Below, piece after piece: positions 26,445 to 39,954 of a DNA stretch of 64,000 bases. The stretch is from the human T2T-CHM13v2.0 reference genome, Homo sapiens, in the NCBI RefSeq assembly GCF_009914755.1, contig NC_060932.1, one strand, 5' to 3'. Position 1 is the first letter of the stretch, and every line of letters starts with the position of its first letter. A program made the translations under genes and the position numbers. Below the pieces are notes generated by a model. The model had not been told where the DNA came from, did not search any database, and worked only from the letters and a program-made list of their open reading frames with translations.

Positions 26445-26849
26445 ACTGCATCAAGGCCATCAAGAATGTGCACCACTCAGTTCTCTAGCTGTAGGCCTTT
26501 GGTATCTGCCACAGCGTTAGAGCTGAGGACATGCTTCTTTTGGGAGCTCACGACCAATGACCAAGCTCAGTGGAGCACACAGTCTGACCATTCTGCCCAG
26601 CTCAGGACTCCTCTACAGGTAACTTTGTGCTGATGTTCCATTGTGCTGTCCCAGGCTGTTGAGAGCTGCACCGCAGTTTCCTACTACTCACCTTTTCCCT
26701 TCTCTCCTTTAGAACATGAGGCCCATATTGCTATCTGAAGGCTTTGTCTACTCCTGATCCCCTTTATCTTTCATAGATGTTACCCCCTGTAAATCTCCTG
26801 TGCTTCTAATTCCATCATGACATCTGCTTCCCTAAGGACCAAACTGACA
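26445..26849 (+). mobile_element. Second ERVL LTR16-family LTR
   Basis: Ends cctttatctttca.ag.tgtt.cccc..taaatctc.tg..cttctaattccatc.tg.catctgcttc...aggacc.aactgaca. Confidence 0.7.
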
Positions 26850-26990
26850 AACCCACCAAATAACACATGCTAAGCCTTGTCCAAGAAGGTGGACCAACCT
26901 CATCACAGTGAAATCAATCAGATATATAAGAGGGAGTGGAGAGTGGCCACATGCCTGTGAAAGTATAGTAATATCACCCATTAAAAACTA

Positions 26991-27354
<364 letters not shown>

Positions 27355-28804
27355 AAGAACTGTGGTTCAATAAATGATCTGAAAAAAAGGTGATAATAAT
27401 TAAATTCTAATGACATCAGAGATTATGGCAATTTGTATGCATTATCTCATTTTATCTTCTCAAGCATCTCATGTTTAGTAAGATGAAGTCAGCAGAAACT
27501 TACATTAAGGATCTGGAATCTAACGGTTCTGATGAATAATTCTACAGGAAAGCAAGAAGAGATAAGCTTGTGGTTGAGGGTACCCAGCTGGAGATGGAGA
27601 AACAATACTAAAATCCTCTGCCTTACTTGTCTGTTTCTTCAGGGGCATGAGTTCCTACATAGTTTAGCAGTGGGAGCCTGTGAGGCTGCCAAAGTCACAA
27701 AAGTTCAGGAAAAAGTGAAGAAGGCTGTGGCAGGATGATAAGATATACTACAGTGTCAACACAGAGATGATGCATGGCTGGCCAAGAAATTCTTCCTAGA
27801 AAAATTAGCTGTGTAGTCCTACTTCTTTAGGCAGAAGACTCATCAGAAGACCATATTCAAAGGGCAAGTCTGAACCAAAAGCTGATGCTGCAAAAGGCAA
27901 AATCTCAAACCTAGCAAACATAACTCCAGATATGAGAATTTGAGTTTCAAAGGCACTCCACTATTTGAAAGCTAGTTACATTATTGGCTTTAATGCTGGT
28001 AATAAAATTTATATCATAGCAAAACAAGCAGCTGCCTTAATTAAAAATAGAGAAACTTCAATGTAAGTTGTATCTGAAGAGTGATTTAAAGAAATTACTT
28101 ATAGATGTATCTATGTGTTGTTGTATCCACCGATGGGGGCATTTATTTTACTAAACCAAGCAAATTAAAATGTTCTTGATAGCTTTCATCCCAAGAGTTT
28201 CCTTTTATATAAGGAAACTCAAATACAGACCACTGTTAGTATCACATTCAAGGTTCTTGTGTCCAGTGTGTTTATACTCAAATCTTTCTCTAAAGAGTGT
28301 AAAAACTGCAATAGCTGCTGAGGGCATTACTGCTTATGAAAATCTCTTGCACAGCAGAGGTCGGGCTTGGAGATGTCAAACCCTGAGTTATGTTCCATGG
28401 TTATTTAACCTTTAGGATCACTTATCATTGATTACTTGCTTCATGTAGATGTGTACTTAGTCTCTGTGATCTCCCCACAAAGTCAAAATTTGTACTGTTG
28501 ACCTTTTTTTGTAACCCCCAACTCCTAATCCAGTTTATTGATGTGCATAGAATAAGACACAGGGTCTATTGATGTATGGGGCTTCATAGCATAGAAGTGA
28601 GTATAAAAGTGTTCTGATGGGAATCAATCACTTGTCCTAGACAGAACACTTGACCATTTTCAGTCATGTTGCAACATACCTCTTAGAATTCACACTAGGG
28701 CACAAATCAGAGTTTTTAGCACAAAGGGACCTACATCCTTCAACATCAGTTCTGATGTAGCAATTGCATTTGGAGGTATCCCTTAAGGATACAGTGTCTG
28801 GCCA

Positions 28805-29025
28805 AGACAGCATAGCTCAGTGGATGGCCCCATGGATTTTGTTTATGTTTGGTTATTGCTACAATACTTCTTAGCTGTGTGACTCTGGACCAATTTCTAA
28901 ATTTTCCAAAGCCTCTATTTTCTTATTAGTGAAGTGGGGAAATAGCAGTACTTACCTCATAGGGCTATTGGGAGGATAAGACAGTAAATATAAAATACTC
29001 AGTGATGCCTGACACATCAGAGTTC
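28805..29025 (+). mobile_element. MIR SINE
   Basis: tagctgtgtgactctggacca...gcctctattttcttatt.gtgaagtgggg...cttacctcatagggctattgggaggataa. Confidence 0.82.
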
Positions 29026-29136
29026 AAAACCAGATTGAAAAATATAGTATTTAATAATGTCTTAGAAATGGAAATGGAATGGAAATGTCTCTCTAGCCTC
29101 TTGCCTAGCAGAGAGGAGGCACTCAATAAGTCCTAT

Positions 29137-29550
29137 GTATTTTAATTAGGATAGGCTAAAGTGTTATGACAGATTGACTCAAGATATAATTGACTCAAAC
29201 TCAGTAGAAGTTTATTTTTTCTTTACAAAACAGCCCAAAATGGATGTCACACATCACTAAAGGGGACTCTGCTCCACACAACCATTCAGGGAACCAAAGT
29301 AAAAGTGGTAGTGCCATCTTTAACTTGTAATGTTCTGGATGTCATCATCCCTGTAAGCTGGAGTGATGAAGGCAACTTCCTGAGACGGTTTTTGTGGGCC
29401 ATATCTGAAAGAGATACACCACTTCCCCTCACATTCCATCAGAGAGAACTTAGTTTCATGGCCATACTCAATTGCAATGGAGATAGGGAAATATAATTAG
29501 GTTGGGGAGGATGAATTTTGGTAGGCAGTTAACAACCAACAGTTTCTACT
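29137..29550 (-). mobile_element. MaLR LTR (MLT1K/L-like)
   Basis: attaggataggcta...agaagtttatttttct...ctctgctccacaca.ccattcagggaacca...cacattccat...gagaacttagt.catggcca. Confidence 0.75.
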
Positions 29551-31349
29551 ACTGCTATCTTTTCTGGAACAATAAGCTCAACATTGATTCATTTATAATA
29601 TTAGATACAACTTTTCTTTAATTTAAAAACCTTAAAAACCTAGCAAGTTAGAGTCCAAATGTTCCCGTAAATCTATAGGTAAGAGTATACTGGTCATGTA
29701 GTGTTTTTAGTCTAACATTTTATTTTATGCATAGCAGAACTCCTAACAGGAATCAGCCACAGAAGGCATGCAAATTATATGCTACAACTTTAACAATTTA
29801 TTCAGACATTTATTAAAACAATCGATATTTATTGAATATTTAGATTTCTGTAGGAACTGTGCATTTCTGTGGGTGATAGAAAAAATAAAACAGATCTAGT
29901 CCCCAAAGAGCGTGCATTTTGATAGTGGCATGATGAGATGTCCACAAGTTATCATAAAATTGGAAAATGAAATTATTATGGCAAAAGAGCTAACGAAGTG
30001 CTAGAAACTGATTAAAAACCCAATTTTGATTAGGCCAGAGCTACATTTTAATTTTCTTGGCCTTTTGAAGTTTTCAAAATGGAGCCTCTATTACATCCAG
30101 ACATAAGTTTCTCTCCTGGTCTTCAGCTGATGAGGGCATCATGAAGTCCTGCAACTCCTCTCCCTCAACCGTCACACACATACAATTTTTAATGTTTTAC
30201 TTCCAAGAGGGAAAACTTTTAAATGACATCTTTCATCAAAATTAATGTTAAATATTTTGGGGGGTTTTGGTGGATGTCATTTCTAAGCAAATTATTAGAA
30301 CAGCAAAAACAGTTTATATCATAAGTTTTAAAGTCCTTTATACATTTTTTTGCATTAGAGATATTATACAATTCTATCTATTTACAAAACACTTTACTTT
30401 TCAAAAATATCCTGTCAAGAGGTTTTGAAAATATCTATTTCACCAATATCTATTTAAAGATAAGTCTGGAAATAAGATAATTTCAAAATTAATTACACGG
30501 ATATCTCATTGAATCCTTTTTTTAAAAAACTAAAGACAAACTAATTTTCTTTTTACAGAAGTAAAATATAAGCACACTTTGATTAAAATTCTGCTGTTAG
30601 TGATTATTAAAAGAAGATATTACTAGAACCAAAATTAAGCTTTCTGAAAAATGTCACTGCCTATTTCCAAAAAGGTTTATTTTATTTCTAATAAAAAGAA
30701 GTTTGAACATGCTGTCCCCATTCTTTTTTATAAGGCATTTCTACCCTGGAATTCTTTAGGCACAGAATGTGTGTTTTCTGCTTTGAACAAGTGGGGGATG
30801 ACTTTCTAGATTTTGTGGGTGCATCAGCTGCTCTTTGAAGGTCTCTTCTAGTAAACCACAATGCTGAATGATTTTCCATTGCATATCATTTCCATTTTCT
30901 CTATTGTAAGTAATGATGCAATGTACAGCTTTGGATATTTAGCTTTTTCTTCTTTTGAAACATTTCCTTCCATTTTTTCAAGATAAAAGGATACTTTTTA
31001 AACCAGCATCCAAGTTGTATGACATGGTCGAAACAATTAAAATAGGTCATATTCTCCATTTCATCTGACAACATGTCACCTTTATTCTTGCCAATACTTA
31101 AGGTTGCAGTACCTTTGTGTCAAGAGCACAGGATTCCTAGTAAATGCTGCCACGGCTCAACTTGCTCTCTTAGACATGTCATTTCCTTTCCCTAAGTCCC
31201 AGTTCCTTGTTTCTGATCTTGGATCTTTTCAGCTCTAACAGTTTTCTTCACATGGTAAAATCCTAGACCAACACCAATAATTATTCGACTTCCGAAATCT
31301 GTTTCAGTCAGTCAACTCTCTTTGTCTCTTGACTTCCCTTATTCTGTTA

Positions 31350-31693
31350 TATTCATGTGCCACGTGACATTTTGGTCAATAACAGACCACGTATATGATG
31401 GTGGTCCTATAAGATTATGATACTATACTTTTGCTGTACCTTTTCTATGTTTAAATATGTTTAGATATGTAAATACTTGCCATTGTGTTACAGTTGCTTA
31501 CAGCATTCGGTAGAGTAACATGCTGTGCAGGTTTGTAGCCTAGGAGAAACAGCTATACCTTGTTGCCTATGTGTGTGGTAGGCTATCTCATCTAGGTTTG
31601 TGTAAGCACCGTCTGTGATGTTTGCACAACCATAAAATTGCCTAACAACACGTTTCTCAGGATGTGTCCCTGTCTTTAAGCGATGCATGACTG
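31350..31693. mobile_element. Tigger3a/MER7A-like TcMar-Tigger MITE, complete
   Basis: ggtggtcctataagattat...tgtaccttttctatgttta...caggtttgtagcctaggag...taagcgatgcatgactg terminus. Confidence 0.93.
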
Positions 31694-31699
31694 TCATTC

Positions 31700-33175
31700 T
31701 ATTCCACCATTTCTCCACGTTCATTGAGACTTACTACTTTCTCACTATTGAGGTCACTGATTATCTATACTTAGCACCTCGATGCTTACAGCTCTGAATG
31801 CTCATCTGTAGAATGGACACAGCCACAGATGTGCTCAAGTTTTTGAGATGGTTTCTTCTCTAGGCTTCTGAGACATGCTTCTGGATTTTCTTCTATCTTA
31901 CCTGTCCCTCCTTCTCAGTCTCCTTTCTGATCCTTCTGTCCCCTCCATCACACCTCTTGATGCTGGATATCCTCATGACTCAATCCTTGGCCTTCTTTCC
32001 TCTATTGACATTCACCTCTTAGTTATTTCCATCAAGTCCCATAACTTAAAAAATTCACATTTCTACCCTTCTCTTGGGATATAGACCCATATGTTCACGC
32101 CCATTTGGATATCTAATAGATACCTCCAACTAGCAGAACCATTGGTTTCCTGTCCTCATATGCTCACAGGCTTCAGAGCACCAGCCTCCATTTTGTTCTC
32201 CAGAAAAATAATAAGAACATGGGAGTCAAATTGGACTCTCCTTCATACCATGCTTTCTCTCTGTTAGTAAGTCCTGTTGGCAGAATTTCAAAATAGATTC
32301 TGATTTTAACTACTCCCTGTTTCCACCATTTCAACCCTAATCTAAGCATCTATCATTTGTCACCTAGACATGGCAACAGACTCCTAATTGGCTTCTCTGT
32401 CTTCACTCTTGCCTTTCACAGTCCATCCTTACAGAGCTTTCAGAATGATTTCTCTAAACATAATAACAATAATATTTACTGAGTACTTATTATTTATAAT
32501 ACCAGGTTCCATTCTAAGCTCTTTACCTGAATTTGTTCCTTTGAACCCTTTGAGTTGGATATTATATCTGTTTCCATTTTATAGATGAGAAAACTGAGGC
32601 ATAAGAAAGATAAGAAACTTGTACAAGGATATATTGCTAGTAATTGACAGAAGCGGGATCTGAATGTGGGAAGTCTGTTACTTGAGCTCTTAAATACTGT
32701 ATTTTATTATTTTTATGTCACTCATCTGGTTAAAATGTTCTAAAGGCTCCTTATGGGGGATGCAAGGCCTGGCTCCTACTTACCTCTTTGATTTAATCTC
32801 GAATCCTACTTCTTTCTCTCGTCTCCACCTTATTCACTATACCCCAGCCATGCTGGCCTCCAATTTATTGCTCTTTCCTGTTTTAGGCTTTTGAATTTGC
32901 TGTTTTTTTCTTGGGATGCACCTTGCTGGGTCTTTGTATGGTTTTCTCCTTCTTGTCCTCTAAATCTCACTTCAATTGTCACCACCTCCAGAGCTCTCAT
33001 CAACCCCTCTACCCCCATCTTTTCTCTTTGAAGCACAACTACCAGAATGCATCTTATTTACTTATTTGTATTTGTCCTCTTTCTATTACAGTGTAAACTT
33101 CTTTGGGCTTTCAGTCTTCTCTCTGTAACCCAATGCTTTGAAGAACGCCAAGCACATACAAACCTCATGTCTGAA
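31700..33175 (+). mobile_element. L2 LINE 3' portion, fragmented
   Basis: Pyrimidine-rich L2 landmarks: ttggatatctaataga.acctc.aact; ctcctaattggcttctctg; cagccatgctggcctcc. Confidence 0.75.
32460..32700 (-). mobile_element. MIR SINE inserted in L2
   Basis: tttactgagtactta...ccattttatagatgagaaaactgaggcata.gaaag.taag.aacttg..caagg. Confidence 0.85.
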
Positions 33176-33473
33176 ATGGGTATGACAGGGCTATTGTTAA
33201 GAGCAAGTGGAATTATATCCAGGAAAACCCTTTGTAAAATATGAATTTCTTAATATAAATGGGATATTATTGTTTGAAACTGGAAACCCTGATGGGACAG
33301 AGGCCAGGACTGATGCTGAGGCCTTGTCTGCTGTGAAGGCAAGAATCTATACCTTAAAATAACAAAAAAATTCAATGAGAAAGGAAAATAAATAATTATT
33401 ACACATTATTTGTTATTGAAACAAGGAATAGAACATTTATTTATCCAAGATTTATGTCAAATCAAGAAAGTGT

Positions 33474-33741
33474 AGCCGGACATGTTGGCTCATGCTTGTA
33501 ATCTCAGCACTTTGAGAGGCCAAGGTGAGAAGATTGCTGGAGCTCAGAAGTTAGAGACCAGCCAGGGCAGCATAGTGAGACCCTATCACTACAAAAAAAT
33601 TAAAAAATTAGCTAGGTGTGGTGGTGCATGCTTGTGGTCCCAGCTACTTGGGAGGCTGGAGCCCAGGAGGTAGAGGCTGCAGTGATTGCTCCATGATTGT
33701 GCCACTGCACTCCAGCCCAGGTGACAGAGTGAGACCCTGTC
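33474..33741 (+). mobile_element. AluJ
   Basis: gagaccagcc.gggcagcatagtgagaccc...gaggctgcagtga...atgattgtgccactgcactccagcc. Confidence 0.94.
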
Positions 33742-33825
33742 AAGAAAGAAAGAAGAAAGAAAGGAAGGAAGGAAGGAAGGAAGGAAGGAAGGAAGGAAGG
33801 AAAGAAAGAAGGGAAGGAAAGAAAG

Positions 33826-33859
<34 letters not shown>

Positions 33860-33895
33860 CAAGAGCGAGAGAGAAGGAAGGAAGGAAGGAAGGGG
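33742..33895. repeat. Polypurine (GAAA/GGAA/GA)n Alu tail, including (GGAA)10
   Basis: Ten consecutive GGAA at 33763-33802. Confidence 0.95.
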
Positions 33896-35340
33896 AAACA
33901 GTGACATGAAATCCCTGGAAAGAAGCAGTGTTCTGTTGTCTCAAGTGTGGGCGCACGTTTGCACATCCATTTCCTTGTGCTTATACATTATATTTTATCT
34001 ATTAAGGAGTTTGCTTTCTAACTGGAGAGTCTGGTGTATCTGGACAGGGCTATTAGAGCTAATTATTTCCCAGGGCTCCTGCTGCACAGGCAGCAGGAAT
34101 ATTTTTACAGTTCTGCTTTACGAGTTCCTGGAGTCATAAGCATCTCCACAGGTTTCAGAGCTCCATCCTGGGGCAATTAGCAACTGGTCGTGACAGGTAC
34201 TACAAGTAGTGACTACACTGACAAATTCGATTACACAGAAACTATGTGTTTCTGCTGGCTTTTATGGGCACCCTTTCTGCACTATAATTCAAAAACATTG
34301 ATTCACCTAGTATCCAGAGATTCAAATTTTGGGCCAAATGCAACAACTGTGTGCATTTTCTGTTCTACTCAGCATTTGCATAAACCATTGTCATTATCCC
34401 TATGTTTTCCAAGGCTTTTATTTTAGATGTTCAGATTTAAGTTCATTTCCATCCTGCAAAGCATACTGGGATTGGATATGTGTCCAAGAAATGGGGACTC
34501 TGAGACCCAGAAAAGTTTAGAGGAGAGCTTGAGAGAAGAGTACATTGTCTCCTAAAGGGAGTTGTTAGAGGATGGGCATATTTTTTTCTGGTGGCCAACA
34601 AGACTTCTCTTTTCTGTTCCAGAAGCACCACTGTAAGACTAACCTCCAAGTCAGTGACTCTCGCCAGGCAGCAGGAGTAGAGTGAGTCCAGAGACAGTAC
34701 GCTTGGTTGGGGGCAGGGGCACTACTTTGATGACCTCTGGCCTTTATCACTGCCTGTGGCCTTGGGTTTCCAGACAGAAGACTAGGGATAGTCCTCAACA
34801 GAGAATCTGGTTTTGTTCGGTTTCATTTAACATGTGATGTGTGCTTAGTGAAGGTGAGTCATGAAGAAACCGATCTCAGTCTCCTGTGCTCTTAGTTCCC
34901 TTACTAAAATTTTTTAGTTTTCATTTTTTCCCTCTGAAGAAAAACAGAACAATAAGAATCAAATTCAGTGGAAGCCAATTTATAAGTGTTGTTATCACTG
35001 CACCCCCTTGAGACCTTTTCCTCTTGGGATCATCTCTTCAAATCCAGGCTGCAATGCTTGCAGGCACAGCTGTCTAATGATAAATTAAATTGATACTGCA
35101 ATACTGGTATAAACTTCCACATTACAAAAGGCAAACAGCAGCGTCTTTTGAAAAGAGCACTGAATCAGATAATCAGGGGACTGAGGTCCCTGCATCCACA
35201 TACCTTCTACCTTCTATTGTCTGAGCTTTCATATGGTCTTTATATTCTTTCTGTAATCAAAGTACACTTATTTCTCTCTGAGGAGTAGGGTCAAGCTGAT
35301 GTGAGAAAGTAGATTTAATATCCTGGAGGGAAATGTGTGG

Positions 35341-35343
35341 TGT

Positions 35344-35389
<46 letters not shown>
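35341..35389. repeat. (TG)n microsatellite, about 24 units with one interruption
   Basis: Direct reading. Confidence 0.96.
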
Positions 35390-35392
<3 letters not shown>

Positions 35393-36094
35393 CCTTCCTT
35401 ATTTTTCAGTACAGTTGGCTATCTGGAATGTTGAATAGGTATTTTGTGTTGTAATTAGCTACTGTGCTTTACACTTTGCTGCTGGGGCCACTCAACTTCC
35501 AAATGTAAGTCAAGCCTCACTCTGGATTCAGGATCAGCTTTGACCTTGCGAATAAGGGATTTAAAGAGCCATAGATACATGCTCTTGAGATCAGCATCAT
35601 CTCCTTGGTTCCCATTCTGGCTCTGACTTGGTCCATCAATTACAATCATTGGCTTTCTTTGCCACTCCCGAGGCTTGACATACTCCATAGTTTGAACCCC
35701 TGGATCCCGACCTTACCCCTGTGTCCAAGTTAGAATCTCGTGAACTACCTGCTCATTTTCTCAGACTTACCTGACATTTCTTGCTTGCTTGAATCTCTTC
35801 ACTGTCTTATTCTTCAGGTGTTTCTGAGAGTGGGCTGTCGTTCGCCACCCTGTGATGAAGCTCCCCAATGGTGACTGCTTGAGGGGAGAGTGGAATTCCC
35901 TGTCAGATCCTGCAGCAGGGTCTGTACCCTTGTTGGAGTTGGAGGATCTAGTTTTAAATCTGTATTTTTCACCCATCTGTCTCACACATCATAGTTAGTC
36001 ATTTAGAGAGGTAATGCCCTGATGTAGGACAAGTAGTAAAGAGGGACTGAGGCACTAAGCAGACACCCTGCCTCCAAAGATGAAATACACGAAT

Positions 36095-36280
36095 ACCAAC
36101 ATATTTACTGGGCAACTAGTGTGTGCCAGGCCTGGTGCTGGGCACTGGGCATAAAATAATCTGGAAACAGATATGATCACTGCCTCATGGGGTGTGCATT
36201 TTCGGGAAAGAAAAGTAAACACGTGTAAGCTGACAGAAAAATTGTAAATTACAATGAAAGGGGCTAAAATAGAGGCTGAG
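36095..36280 (-). mobile_element. L2 3' end
   Basis: caacatatttactgggcaactagtgtgtgccaggc.tg.tgctgggcactggg...ctgcctcatgg. Confidence 0.78.
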
Positions 36281-37545
36281 AGAATTGTGGCAAAGATACA
36301 AAAAACTATTTGTTTGGATGCTTATGCTATAGCTATCTTAAGAACGGAAAGAGGATCCTCACCTCCCCTGTTCTCTCTGGATATTTTTCACCAGAACTAA
36401 AGTAATTTCAAAGAAATAACACACACATGAACAGTTATCTTGTGAAGTCAGGATATGCTGCACTGTCCCTTATGCTCTGCAACTCTGAAAATCAACTTCA
36501 TTTTCTGAACAAATTTAACAGCCTGACCTTGAGACTTGCCACATGCTGTGCTGTTCATTAGGGCATGGGATGTTAATAGGAGCAGATTTTTTTCCCCATA
36601 GATTTACCCAGACTTAGGAAAATGAAAGAATGAGAAGATACTTGATTTCTTAAATTCCAAAGGGGATGTCTGATGATATATGATAGAATTTATTTATAGA
36701 GTGTAAGTAAACTGGAAATATAGATCCTTGGACTAGCCCTGCTCAGGGTTTTTTTTTTTTTTTTTTTTCCACAATTAAAAGAATTTCAGAGCAGAATGGT
36801 TGCAATGGAGGCACACACAGAACTGGGTCCATCTGTCTGCAGCCACAAATAGAAAGCTTGTCACAATTCAGACAATATTAGTTAATCTTTGCCCAGGAAA
36901 CCACGGAGTGGCAAGTGTTGATGGCATGCCTTCAGAAGCAGACTGATGCTTAGCTGTAGCAGGAAAATTATATTAAAAAAGAAAATATACTCCTTGAGAA
37001 TATGTACGATCTATAAAGATCTCATTATTTAAATTCTCCTTATTCCTATTGGCCAATTTTATATAACCCCAAGTATGGGCAGAACTGTGAAGAGGTGGAA
37101 TGAAATTATTTTGCTGGTCTCTTTAAACACCCCCACCTTCTTCCAATGATAGACCAGTGGGGTGACAGCTCTGGATTTAACAGTGTGGTCAATGGGAACG
37201 AGGAGGCGTGGGAAACCAAGATAGAACCAGCACCTACTCCTCAGCTACTTTTTTCACTGCTACAGCTAATGTCAGTGTATGGCTGAACGTGCAATTAAAT
37301 GACAGCAGCCAGCATCAAGTATTTTCTTTTCTGATGGGGCATTCCATGAATTTCTCAAACTTGCAAACTCACCCTATGACAAGGACCTGCTCTATCCGAA
37401 AGATAACTTAAAGATGAGGGAATTGGATGCTTTGTTATTTGTATCTCTTCTTTTGCAGTTGGTTGGGGGGCAGGGTGTTTAGACTGATAACCACTTCAGC
37501 TCTAATTCTGGGGAGGGGGGCAATTAATTAGTTTACAGGTAACGC

Positions 37546-37714
37546 TAGTGATATGCTGGCATTGGCTGGTACTGGCTTGCATCTTTGCATTTAGTAACAT
37601 CTTGTTAGATGTGTGGTCATAGTGGGAGCATTTACACCAAGGAATTTGGCAAATGCTATTAATCAGGGCTTTTTTTTTTTTCTCCCAGAGAATAATGTCA
37701 CCCACATACCACTT
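37546..37714. mobile_element. MER63-like hAT MITE
   Basis: tagtgatatgctgg...gtactggcttgc; gtgggagcatttacacca.ggaa.ttggcaaatgcta..aatcagggcttttt; ends cataccact. Confidence 0.8.
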
Positions 37715-38734
37715 GATAAATATCAGATGTCTAGTAATATTCACAGTGGAGACTGGCTTTCATCTTACTTTGACTATGTGAGAAATCTTCCTTAATGGAT
37801 AAAGTGAGGACATTTATTTATGTACATTTAGTATTTTGCCCCTGAGAACAGCAGCAAATCCAATATTTACTCTAAGTGAAAGCATCCCTGTCACTATAAA
37901 CCTTCAGGGGAGATTTGCACAAAATTCTGGCATCATGAGTGTAACTTGGGTAGGACAATTGCTGGTGGCAGCTATTGTTTTGGTTTCCTGGTAAACCAAA
38001 GACTTCCTTTAGATTGTTCAAGTGCATGGTTAGTGGAAACTTTTTCAGGCATTCACATCTTCCTCCATCTTGAATAGTTACCTTTAAGTGCTACAGTTCT
38101 TTTTTTCTTTTCTTTTTTTTAAATAAGTCTTGCTTTTATTAATGTGGCTATTAAGCTTATTGATTTTTTTAAGTATCTTTGTTCAAGGGTAGTTCCTCAG
38201 ATTTGGAGTCTAGGGAGTGTTTTTTGGGAGGTATACTTTTACCAAACTGACTTTGTCAAAAGAAGTGGGGAGTACATGGTATTGTACTTGGAATTTTGGT
38301 GTTTTGAGGAAAAGAAAGACAACAATAGGGAGAAAGAAAAAGATGCAGAGAGTTAAGATGATTCTTACTCTGTCAATTTTATTTACCCTCAAACACCCTC
38401 TAGGTGGAATTTTGACATGTTATTGGTAAATCATTCTAATATCTCCCCTTAATTCCAGGTGGATATTTATTTTGATTCAACTTGTCAGGTAGGAAAAATT
38501 GTGTTATAAATGGCCAGGTTTAAAAAGCAGAGACATTCCAAGGGGATGGAGGAAAAGTTCCCAGTCCATGCCAAGGCAAGTTGTGAAATAGGAACACTTT
38601 ACATTTCTTACCTTTCTACCTCTCTTAATGTAGATTTTTTCTAGGATTTTCCCCACCTTGAGATACCCAGGATCTTCATTACTGCCTCTGAGGAACAGAG
38701 TTTATCAACCAAATATAGCACTGTACCAAGTCCT

Positions 38735-38862
38735 GTTCAATTCAAGTCAAAAAACATATATTGAGTACATTCTGCATGCCAGGAACTGTCCCAGACCCAG
38801 GGAATTAAACATTGAATAAAGCACAATCCATGCTTCAAAGGAGTCTTGCAATTTAGTGAGAC
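38735..38862 (-). mobile_element. L2 3' end
   Basis: aaacatatattgagtac.ttctgcatgccaggaactgt...tgcttcaaaggag. Confidence 0.7.
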
Positions 38863-39009
38863 CCCTTCCCCTGCATTACTCTAAAACCACTCAGAGTGGG
38901 TATATAGTGATCTATTGATATAAACCAAGTTCTACATGGATACTGGGGGATTAAGGAAGTCTTCAAAGGTTGAATAGGAGAGAGGAGGGGAAGGATATAC
39001 CAATTGTAC

Positions 39010-39232
39010 AGTTAACATTCATCGAGCATTTACCAGCTGCTAGTTTTTCTAAGGACTTTGCATATATTAAACTTATTTCATCTTTACAACAGCCCTATTA
39101 TTAGTAGCAATACTATTGCCATTTTCCTACTGTATCCATTGGGGCACAATGAGGTTAAGTTGTCAAATACAAGCAGTAAGTAGTAAAAGTGGTTTTGTAC
39201 CTAGTTGAGCCATCATTGTTACCACTGGGCTG
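39010..39232 (-). mobile_element. MIR SINE
   Basis: taacattcatcgagcatttac...ttatttcatctttacaacagccctat...ggggcacaatgaggttaagt. Confidence 0.72.
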
Positions 39233-39782
39233 TATGCAAAGATACATTTTTTATCCAGTCATCCATAAGTACAAGTGTATGTATGTTAAGTAAACAAACC
39301 ATGTCCTTGCATTGTGTTAGCTCTAATGATATAAAGAAAAGTTGAAAATGGCTTCAAGTATCCCAAAATCTAATGGAGTAGACATCTCAGCAAACAAAAC
39401 ATGACAAATTTGATTTAAACAAAATACAAAGGTTGATGAAAGAACATACGAGGGACTCCTACTCTAGACAGGAGTCTTGTATGATGAATATTAGTTTAAT
39501 TAATTTTATATGCTACGCCCACTTATAAAAAAAGATTTATTTAAGATGACTTTCAAAGGTGCAGGAAAGATAGAGTCTTTGATATGCCAACAACTTTTTG
39601 ACTGGGACCTTCAATCCACTTATTTTACTATAATATCTTTTCAGTGTCTCACCTCTCTTGGTGACTTCCTAAACCAGGTTGAATGCAACCCATGTCTCCT
39701 CTGCATCTAGGCCTGCAAGGTGAAATTACGCTGGAGGAAAACATACACCTCACATATGTGGTCACTAAGATCAAGTGAACTC

Positions 39783-39948
39783 TTCTTTTTCTTTTTTTGT
39801 AACTATAATTTTAAAAATTTCAATATTTTGGGGGGTACACGGGGTTTTTTGTTACATTAATGAATTGTTTTGTAGTGAATTCTGAGATTTTAGTGCACCT
39901 GTCACCCAAGCAGTGTACACTCTACCCAATATGTTGCCTTTTGTCCTT
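39783..39948 (-). mobile_element. L1PB-like extreme 3' end, about 160 bp, with T-tract
   Basis: ttctgagattttagtgcacctgtcacccaagcagtgtacactctacccaatatgt matches the antisense L1PB 3'UTR. Confidence 0.88.
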
Positions 39949-39954
39949 CAACTT

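Noticed and set aside
33589-34139. ORFs with RKEG or FLPS repeats (also 39860-40170)
   Set aside because: Translations of GGAA/TTCC microsatellites and Alu.
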